From contig OZ024750.1 of NCBI GenBank assembly GCA_964016885.1, positions 248,001-312,000 of the forward strand: a stretch of 64,000 nt of DNA, given 5' to 3'. Below the pieces are notes generated by a model. The model had not been told where the DNA came from, did not search any database, and saw nothing but the letters and a program-made list of their open reading frames with translations. The stretch comes from Eledone cirrhosa (taxonomy: Eukaryota). Every line of letters starts with the position of its first letter. Positions within the stretch are counted from its first letter, which is position 1. A program made the translations under genes and the position numbers. Of this stretch, positions 54,126 to 64,000 are shown one piece after another.

Positions 54126-54708
54126 ATACCAAATAATACATCTCTATGGCAATAAAAAAAAATGGTAGCATAAAAATATTTTCTACATCTTTGAAAACTT
54201 TAATGGTTTAGTAAATATTACTTTCTATGTGAAAGAAACATGTGAAGTGATGACATTCAGCCTTGAAAGTGGTATTAGCACCATAAATGAAGCAATTCAA
54301 ACCAGACTGCAGAATGGATTCAACGACACCTTACTATTGTCATGCAATAAGTTATTGTATAAAGAAATGTCTGTTTTTTTCCTATGCTGGCATGGGCTGG
54401 ATAAAACCTTTTTGAGTCAGAATATTATAGTTGGATGCCTTTCCTAACATGAACACTTGTTTTTCCAAGTAAGGTACAGAGCTTCACACAATTGCTGAGC
54501 AGTGGATCTCTATTTACACAGAATGTAAACAAATATCACTGCTTGACATGTCAAATGTGAAGAGCAAAGAAGAGACAAACACACACACATATATATGTAT
54601 ATATCTATATATACACAACCCATGCAAGCGTGGAAGATGGACGTTAAACGATGATGATGATGATGATGATGATGATACACATGTATATATATATCTATAT
54701 ATACAATG

Positions 54709-54749
<41 letters not shown>

Positions 54750-55360
54750 TATATATATTTATACATATGTAAGGTGATTGGTTGGTGATAGGAAGGGCAT
54801 CCAGTTGTAGAAAACATGCTAAAGCAGGAATATAAGTGAGATATACAGACCCACCCCACCCAATGTGGGAGAACAGTCACTCAGCTAAAGTGATGATTTG
54901 GTCTGTAACAACCCCCCCATCCAATTATTGCCAGCATAGATTATAAAATGATGCTATGATGTAATGTGTGTGTGCATTCACATGTGTGTATCTACACAAT
55001 AGGCTTCTTCATATTTTCCGCCTACCAAATAAATTCACAAGGCATTGGTTGGCTGTGGAATGGACAGGGGCAGACATTATAATAGCAGACACTTGACTAT
55101 GTATCACAGACAGAGAGCAAGAAGCCAAGACTGTGGTTGTAAAGAGAACATCTTAGCCACACAGTCACACTTTGCAATGTTTGTTGCATGCTTTTTTTTT
55201 CAAAGGAGCCTTAACAAAGTATATAGACTAGTTCACAGTTGAGAAAGAAATAGTTCTGTGGAATTAGTTGCCATACTAATGAGTGTGTATATATATATAT
55301 ATATGTAGATATATACATATATATACTTATGTATATATAGATACATATATATATAAAAAT

Positions 55361-55394
<34 letters not shown>

Positions 55395-56277
55395 CAAAAT
55401 AAAGACTCGCGTTAGTCCCTGTTATCTTTTCTACATATTATATATATATAAATAAATATATATATGTGTGTGTGTGTGTAATCTTTTTCCCTTAAAACAG
55501 AAAGTTTCTTTAAAATGAGTAAGATGTATAAGGCCAACTAAATCAACACTATCCTTTAAACATTACTGGTATTTTTTGTTATCGGTATAATATATAGAAC
55601 ATGTTGATTTTACTTATGTTGAATATTTTATAGGGAGCGAAACCCTTTAGATTTCTTTATAAGGGTAATAAATATAAGGAATCTGTTGAAGCTTCAATGT
55701 GTTTATAATGGTATTCAGTTTATTAAACATTCAGGGTTATAAGGGTTTTGTAAACATTAGCAAAATTGGAACACAGAATCATTTATGAAATTGTATTCTT
55801 TCCTAATAATTTGATAACAGATCTTTCCCTCCATTTTACAATAAATATATAAAATTCTCATTTGCAATTGATAATTTATATAAAATATTTTAAGAATAAA
55901 GGAATCGTATATGTTTGAATATATATATATATATACATACATATATATGTGTATACATATATATGATCACCATCATTTCACATTCGTTTTTCCATATATA
56001 TATGTATCTATGTATGTATGTACATCATGTACATGCACACAAATAAATATAACATATGTGTGTGTGAATAGAAGTACATCTGTGAATGTGGTGTATATAT
56101 GTATGTATGTATGTAAATAGAAGAACCAGTGTGAATGGTGTGTGTGTGTGTGTGCATGTGTCTGTGTTCATCAGTCTGTTTTCTTCACAAGGACAATAAT
56201 TACTATAACTACACAACAACAACAACATCAACTGAAGGCAGCAGAGTGAGGCAGACACGTCAACCCACAGTGTAGGT

Positions 56278-56308
<31 letters not shown>

Positions 56309-56360
56309 GGGGGCAGTAAATCAGAGACAACATCATGCACAGATGAGATGACCACTAAAA

Positions 56361-59300
56361 TCACCTGGAGGGACAGCTACTCAGGCCTGACTGGCTGCTC
56401 TGATTAGTTCCAATGCTCAGAGAAGAGATGCCACTTTGAAAGGACTGAAGGCTGCTCATAGAGCCCCTGAAAATAAGCAAAAAAATAGGTCTGTAATGAC
56501 ATGTAGCTTATCACCCCCACCTCATCTTACACCCCTCACTCCCAACACTGCCTCCCTAGCCTGGTCAAGAACACAAATACCGTAATGCCATAATGGGTTA
56601 GTGCTGGTGTCACAATAAAAAGCACCTAGTCCACTCAGTAAAGTGGTAGTTTTGGTGTTACAATAAAAAGCACTCAATCCACTCAGTAAAGTGGTAATGC
56701 TGGTGCCACCATAAAAAGACAAGGTCATTTTCAGCATTCCTCCACTCATTGCAGTTCTTCGTGATCTTGTCTGTGAATTTCATGGTGAGGAGTTCAATTC
56801 CAAGTAGCACTTTATTTTATGTTGCTCCAGTCAACACAGTTGGAAAAAATGAGTTGTATCTGTAAATTCAAAGGGCCAGCCTTGTAACACTCTTTGTCAT
56901 GCTGAATCTCCCCAAGAATTACATTAAGGGTATGCAAATTTATGGAAAGCTCAACCATACATATGTTAATTTCACAAGCAGGCTGTTCAATTGAACATAT
57001 GTTGTTGGAACCAACAGAGGTTTAATATGACTGGTAGAAATAGAAGATGTGTTGCTGGAGCCAACAGAGGTTTAACATCTTTGAAAGACACAGAACATAT
57101 GTTGTTGGAGCCAAGAGTGGTTTAACATCATTGGTAGACACAGAAGATAATGTGAGTAAATACTTACTTGAAAGCTTCCGATTTCAGCAATTCAGTATAG
57201 TACATGACTTTGGATTTGTGTGAGGAAAGTGGGAAGTCAAATGAAGGTTTAGCTGAGTCAAAATGTTTCCATTGTAAAATGTAACTGCCAGGTTGACCTG
57301 TTACAATGGAGCCCTGAAATAAAAATATAACTATGATAACACACCGGTTTCTATACTTGCAGTATTCAGAACATTCTAATTGTGTGAGATACATTGGAAT
57401 TGATTATCAGTGACAAAGTCATAGATATATGACAAAATATTTTGATTCCATTACAAAGTAAAAGACAAGTGAATGTAATGGCATTGATATGCTTTAAGTG
57501 ATTACCGTGACTACCAAACTTCAATTGATTCTGAAAAGGTATAAATGAAACGTCTTCAGAATTAGCAGTTAGAGCCAAAAGTAAAGAAATCTTATGATTT
57601 ATGAAGGTGTTTAGCTGATTTAAAATTAGAAATGTTGAATCTGTTTCGATTTCAACATTTCTATCTTAAGAATTATTCTATGATTTCTTGGCACTTCTTC
57701 ACTCAATGATCATGATCATCATCCATACAGATATCACCATACCAATGCAGTGCAGAAGATATTAATCATGATTTAAACATAGATCAGCTTAATAAGCACA
57801 AAGTGAATCTAATTAGTATTTATATGGTTTAGAGGGATAAAATAGTCATTAGTAATATAGTGCAGTTCATTACAAAAAGTGATTTTGTACTTAATTAAAA
57901 TAGATCAATATTGAATTTATATGTGTGGATAATGAAACAATACCAATAATATCAGACTTACCTGTATACTGTCACCATCTCGACATATATGAGGAGGTTC
58001 CACAATACTCAGTTCAGCTCCAACAGCCATTGATTTCTCAATGTACTGTATAGAACCTATACCTGCCGTTGCTCCAGTTACATGGTGAGTGTGGATGGGT
58101 TCATGTAATTGTTTGATACACCGGAACACAGTGAAAGTAATGTCACCTTTTAAGATATCAAAGTCCCATGTGATCACAGAGTTTTTCTGGGGTACTTGAA
58201 TTAAAACCTGATAACAAATGCAGTCAGAGAGTGTATTGACATTAAAATTGTGTTGTACTTCCTAACCAGTATAGAACAGTAAAAAAAGTAAAATAACCAT
58301 ATAACTAAAATATAATATATAAAAGAATGTTGTAGTTTGCTTGAAGCATTGTGAAATATGAAAATTGGTTAAATCTTTGAATCTGCTACAATACAGATAG
58401 GGTTGTAAATATTAAAGCAACAAAATGAGGTGAAAGGTGAGGCTGAGTGGAGAAGAGGAAGATAGAACAAGAATGAGATGTAATGTTACCTTTGAATATT
58501 GCAACTAATAAATATTTCTTTCTTCTTCTCCACAAAACCTCACTTCTCTCTGTCTTCGCCTGATTTTGTTGCCTTAATATTTACAACTCCTACATTGTAG
58601 TGGCTTCTAAGACATAACCCATAATATATAAAATACAGAGCAATGTAGTTGATACAAAGCATTGTGAGATACATAGTAAAAGACCAATAATTTTCAAAAA
58701 GCTGGTACAATGATGTAAAAATATACAAAATGCAAATGATGACAAATAAAATAAAACAAAATAATGTTTTACCCACTGTATGTTAATATATTTCAGGGCT
58801 AATACCCTCTTTTCAAATGCAGAGCTGAAACAGTTCAAAACAAAACAAAATGAACGATTGATTGATGTATTCTTCCCTAACTAGCCTCCGCATTTGAAAA
58901 GAGGGTATTAGCCCTGAAATATCACGTTATAATACACTCGGTAAAACGTTATTTTGTTTTATTTGTATTTACTACATTGTACCGGCTTTTTGAAAATTAT
59001 CTATCTTTATATTTTCTTTAGGTCGTTTTGGAAGCCTCAACAATGCAGATGGGTAATTCTCCGAGTAACAAGATCCGGTGGTGAAGAGAGAGATGTAAGT
59101 GAATGTAGAATGAGATGTATAGTGTGTAGAAGAACGTTGTTTTGAATATCAATCAGCGGAGGACACATTTCGTACCTTTCCGACAGATAACCTTCTGTCA
59201 GAGAGGAGGGGAAAAAGCGAGAAAACTTTAAAAGTAAACTAAGAAGAGGTAAGAGGATTACCTCATGTGGATATTCTTTAACAACGTGTGCTGTCTGATA

Positions 59301-59402
59301 GATACTATCTGTAGCAAAGGTTGGTTCATCAGGAGATTTATCAACATCTTCCTCTTTCATGTAGAGGGACTTAGGGACAACACCACCATCTGGTATATGA
59401 CA
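56361..59402 (-). CDS. SEC14L1: SEC14-like protein 1 / real-time homolog, last four coding exons (GOLD domain and Ser-rich tail); upstream exons not found, probably beyond 64000
   Basis: Minus-strand exons 59402-59262 (CHIPDGGVVPKSLYM...IYQTAHVVKEYPHE), 58207-57962 (VLIQVPQKNSVITWDFDILKGDITF...ICRDGDSIQ), 57313-57168 (GSIVTGQPGSYILQWK...SSHKSKVMYYTELLKSEAF) and 56466-56361 (GSMSSLQSFQSGISSLS...CPSR*). All introns are GT-AG and in phase. The peptides match the SEC14L1/SEC14L5 C-terminus. Confidence 0.92.
58540..59100. mobile_element. Foldback/MITE-like inverted repeat in a SEC14L1 intron
   Basis: The inner arms ATATTTCAGGGCTAATACCCTCTTTTCAAATGC and GCATTTGAAAAGAGGGTATTAGCCCTGAAATAT are perfect. 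Degenerate pairing continues outward. Confidence 0.8.
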
Positions 59403-60269
59403 CTGAAATACAGAAAATAACAGACATTAAAGATCATTGAACAACAGCAACAATAACAACAATCAGATTAATGAAAAAGTAGTGTAGAAAAGTCAAAATC
59501 CCAATTCTGAAAGTTGATGTGGGATTCCTATCAGCTTTTACTCAGTTTTAGTTCTTCCCTGTATAAAGGATCACTTGCCGTAAAGAAATAAGAATACAGC
59601 GCCGTATATACACATGTAAAATCCAACTGTACTTTTTACCCTAAAAAATTAAGCTCACCAGGCCAGTGCTTGACCTGACTACATTTTTCATTGGTGTTAA
59701 GAGACAGAGTACGAGACTCCCCCTTGACAGGACACCAGTTCATTGCAACAACTGCTGATACTCCTTTCTAAAACAATTCCACTTTTATATGAGTATATAC
59801 AGTAATTAAAAAACTGACAATTTATGATTCCCAGCTCAATATCTTAATATTGAGGCAACACTACTCTGACATTAACAGTCTAGTTGTGTATTAGCAGGTA
59901 ACTAGCTTCAACTCATAGTTTTCCATCACTTTTATCACAAAGAATCTGCTTTAGTTCACTCTCATCCACATGAGCAAAATATTATTAATAACAGTTGATT
60001 ATGAGCCAACAATTGGCCTCTAAGTAGCCACACCATAACATCTTTTAAAAGGATTCATTAACGTAACAATGAAAATAAATGTTGAAGTATCAAACTATCA
60101 AGGTTGGATCAAATCCACATAGCCTGCATCTACTGCAAACATAATGAAGACTAAAGAGATATTTAATTAACTGGTTAACGAACTAACTACAACATGCCCA
60201 AACTGTCACATGCTTAGAGAAACATTCACAGCATCACAAACAACTAAATAGTATATGATAGAATATATA

Positions 60270-60642
60270 ATGTGATCTCAGACCAGACTGAAACATGAGA
60301 TTTTGATATTTATTTTGAAAACAATACCTTAACATCAGTAAGAGTGGCTGGTTACAGCCAATTTGAACAGAAAGAGGTGAGAGAATTCTGACCAGATATA
60401 GCCAGTTTAACCCTTTAGCATTTAAACCGGCCATATCCGGCCAGCATTCTCTTTCTGTTCAAACCGGTCATAACCGGCCACTCATACTGATATTAAGGTA
60501 TTGTTCTCAACATAAATGATATCGAAATGTCATAGATTCAATATTATGTGAGATATTATGTGAGATAAAATATTTACCACAAAAATACAATAGTATATAT
60601 AGAGTAATGTAAATGCTAAAGGGTTAAATGTTAACGGATTAA
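60270..60642. mobile_element. piggyBac-like MITE (60407-60627) nested in an older copy of the same family
   Basis: Perfect TIRs CCCTTTAGCATTTA flanked by TTAA. The host copy is in the opposite orientation and resumes as ATGTTAACGGATTAA. Confidence 0.8.
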
Positions 60643-61792
60643 TCCTTATAAGACAACTTTGTTGATTTATCAGACTGCCATTTTTGTGTTAGAAATCAAG
60701 AAATTGCTAATATCTTCAAGAATAATTTGGCCAAATGTTTCAACCAAATGATTGCGGTGATGTTAGGGCAACTCCTTTGAGGATTTATTGATTATATTGA
60801 TCTCAGTCAGGTATTTATTTTATCAACTTTTGTTTGTAGAACTGTAAGGTTATAGTATATAGAGAGACAACATAAACAACTACAATGAGACATAAACAGT
60901 AACACACACAGACACATACGTGCAAAAAAACCCCACACACACACACATTTAATGATGCATACACACAACAGGCTCTTATATATTTTCCATTTACCAAATT
61001 CCTGTGACTATAGTTGTAAAACAAAACTTGCCCCAGGAACCACATAGTAGGTTCAAACTCAGAATGATGTGGTTGTGAAGCAAACCTCTTAACCATGCAG
61101 CCATGTGTGCATATGAAGGCTTCTTCTCCAGAGGATAAAACGATTAACTTATTTGATGATGGCCTATAGTGTTCAAACTAATTAACATATTTTGTAAGCT
61201 AAATGGCAACATAAAAGGGGAAGATATTATTATAGATCCACACTGTAATATTACCATCAATATGGAGGGAGGGGGCACATATTCCTCGGCTTATATTCAA
61301 GTATCTACAGTAAATACATGAACATTTCCAACTAATATAAAATACAAATTTAATTTCTGAAAATAAAAATTAACTTTATTTAATAAAACTAAATAAACAG
61401 TAACTGACACTACAGAAGATGAACACCATCTCTCCAAAAAACTTATATGAGAATCCAGTTAATCTACATCTTAATAAAAATGTTTTGAAATGGAAAGGCA
61501 TGAGAGAAGTGATAGCAAGACATATACAGGAAGACAGAGAAAGAAGGAATGGAAAGGAACACTCTAGAAGTAAATTGTAAAAAAAACAATTAAAATCTTC
61601 AAAACCAATCACGTAAAACTGAAAAAAATATATTAAAAGAAAGCAAAGCAAGATGAAATATAATCCATGCAAAGCAGCAGCAGTAGTAATAATAGTAGTA
61701 ATAGTAGTAACAGTAGTAGTAACAGTAGTAGTAGTAGTAGTAGTAATAGTAGCAGCAGATATGATAGTTATAATCCAATAATTAGATGGAAA

Positions 61793-62340
61793 GATTTATA
61801 TATACTTATAGACACAAGGTTATATAGAGAGATTTATAGTGACAAGGTTGTATATAGAGATTTATAGTGACAAGGTTGTATATATACTTATAGACACAAG
61901 GTTATATTTAGAGATTTATAGACACAAGGTTATATATAGAGATTTATAGTGACAAGGTTGTATATAGAGATTTATAGTGACAAGATTATATATATACTTA
62001 TAGACACAAGGTTATATAGAGAGATTTATAGAGACAAGGTTGTATATATACTTATAGACACAAGGTTATATATATACTTATAGACACAAGGTTATATAGA
62101 GAGATTTATAGAGACAAGGTTGTATATATACTTATAGAGACAAGGTTGTATATAGAGATTTATATAGACACAAGATTATATATTGAGATTTATAGTGACA
62201 AGGTTATACATAGAGATTTATAGACACAAGGTTATGCATAGAGATTTATAGAGACAAGATTGTATATAGAGATTTATATAGACACAAGATTATATATAGA
62301 GATTTATAGTGACACAAGGTTGTATATAGAGATTTATAGA
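61793..62340. repeat. AT-rich minisatellite (about 24-28-bp variants of GAGATTTATAG..ACAAGGTTGTATATA)
   Basis: About 20 tandem degenerate units. Confidence 0.92.
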
Positions 62341-63492
62341 GAGTGTTTACCCTCCAATTGTGTAGTGTTCTATTTCTAAATATCAACAATGTCCAATACT
62401 AGATTTAAAGTCTGGAACTTCATTTAAAAAATAATATCTCCAAGATAATGATGTCTTCAGCCTGAGAGACAGTATATATTGAAGAGAACACTTGAGAAAG
62501 ATCAAAGATTGACACGATTGAAATGTGTAAATTGAAACACAAATGATGTTAATAGTTTGGGAAAGTTTAAAAACTGTACAAATTGGATAAGAAGTCATTC
62601 CATCACCTAGAGGACAAATGAAATATATTTGACAAGACAAGTGTGAGTTAAGGAAACAATTGTGGAAGATTCAGGAAAATACTAAGACAATAAACTTGTA
62701 ATTGAAGATAACAATGTTTCTTTTTTTAAAATCTGATTTCAGCAAATACTCTGCAACAATATTTACTAGTAGAGGCAACTAGCTACAATTAGAAAATGCA
62801 ACTTCAAATAAATCATTTTTTATCAAAGCCATGCTAATCTGGAAAATAAATGTGAAGTATGGTTGAAGGAGTGTGATGATGAAACTTAATCAATAGGAAC
62901 TTGAAATGTGTACGTCCCAACACAATCGATGATAATAATAGTCGATCATTATAAATAATAGTTGAGAAAGTCTGGTAAAATATTCCTGACAACAGGAACA
63001 AATGGATAGAGGCTTGCTTGCTAATACCCCAGTTCACCTTTTTGCTTCTTGGGGCACTTTACCCAATTTTCTCAATTATTATTTATGGTCATTTGCATTG
63101 GGATGTACACATTTCAAATTTTCCAAATGTTTCTAAGTCAACTGCTTTGTTTACTTAATAGTGTGATTTCTGATGAAAATAAAAAAAAATCTGGATCTGA
63201 ATAATGATGTTTTACTTTGATGTCTCACTTCAGCATCAGCTAGAATTCTGTGAATAAATTTAATAAAAGCACCAACTGAAGTTCTTTACAGTTAAAAACA
63301 TCAACTAAAATTCACCATCACTGCTAGGTTATACAAATATTGTATATACTCATATATTAGCCGGGAAATATGTGACAAAAAAAAAAAGGTAAAACAGGGG
63401 GTGGGGGATTTATATTCATGGTCAATATTTTGCCAATTTTCACCAACTTCAAAATTCTACGTAAATGAAGTGCTAAAATATTGTCGCTTTTG

Positions 63493-63869
63493 AGGTGAAT
63501 ATTACACCAGTTTCACTTTGGAGTTGAATATTACACCAGTTTCACTTTGGAGTTGAATATTACACTAGTTTCACTTTGGAGGTGAATATTTCACTAGTTT
63601 CACTTTGGAGGTGAATATTACACTAGTTTCACTTTGGAGGTGAATATTACACTAGTTTCACTTTGGAGGTGAATATTACACTAGTTTCACTTTGGAGGGG
63701 AATATTACACTAGTTTCACTTTGAAGGTGAATATTACACCAGTTTCACTTTGGAGGGGAATATTACACTAGTTTCACTTTGGAGGTGAATATTACACCAG
63801 TTTCACTTTGGAGGGGAATATTACACCAGTTTCACTTTGGAGGGAAATATTACACCAGTTTCACTTTGG
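63493..63869. repeat. 29-bp minisatellite, about 13 copies (GGTGAATATTACACTAGTTTCACTTTGGA)
   Basis: Contiguous near-identical units with no spacers. Confidence 0.95.
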
Positions 63870-64000
63870 TAAAAAAAATCTTTACGTAATGGAATTATGA
63901 AACAAAAATTATACACTAAACGACACTTAAAACATTTTAAATATCAAAATATTAAAACTTTATATTCTCCACTTATGAGAATTTCAAAACTGCATCATCT

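Noticed and set aside
63493-63869. 29-bp repeat array resembling CRISPR repeats in length
   Set aside because: Units are contiguous with no unique spacers, there are no cas genes, and the context is eukaryotic. It is a minisatellite.

Overview
AT-rich, repeat-dense animal genomic DNA. The SINE, RTE-LINE and microsatellite landscape suggests a coleoid cephalopod (Octopus-like); this is an inference. Three protein-coding genes are supported: intronless ADO (cysteamine dioxygenase, 21071-21820, minus), a complete 10-exon BIN3 (27998-35072, plus; reconstructed by hand and largely missed by the ORF track), and the last four coding exons of a SEC14L1/real-time-like gene (56361-59402, minus). The rest is mobile DNA: RTE, RTE-X-like and L1/Tx1 LINE relics, tRNA-derived SINEs, a mariner relic, piggyBac-like and Tc2-like MITEs, and satellites. 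Four observations stand out. (1) About ten hammerhead-ribozyme-like cores from at least four sequence families, many inside inverted repeats resembling Penelope pseudo-LTRs, including an apparently intact core at 27155-27211 (minus) upstream of BIN3. (2) A C4HC3 PHD-like finger inside the reverse transcriptase of the RTE LINE. (3) Head-to-head ADO-BIN3 linkage that mirrors the human ADO-EGR2 and BIN3-EGR3 neighbourhoods. (4) A 15/59/118-bp higher-order satellite inside a MITE. All calls were made by eye; no searches or folding programs were run.
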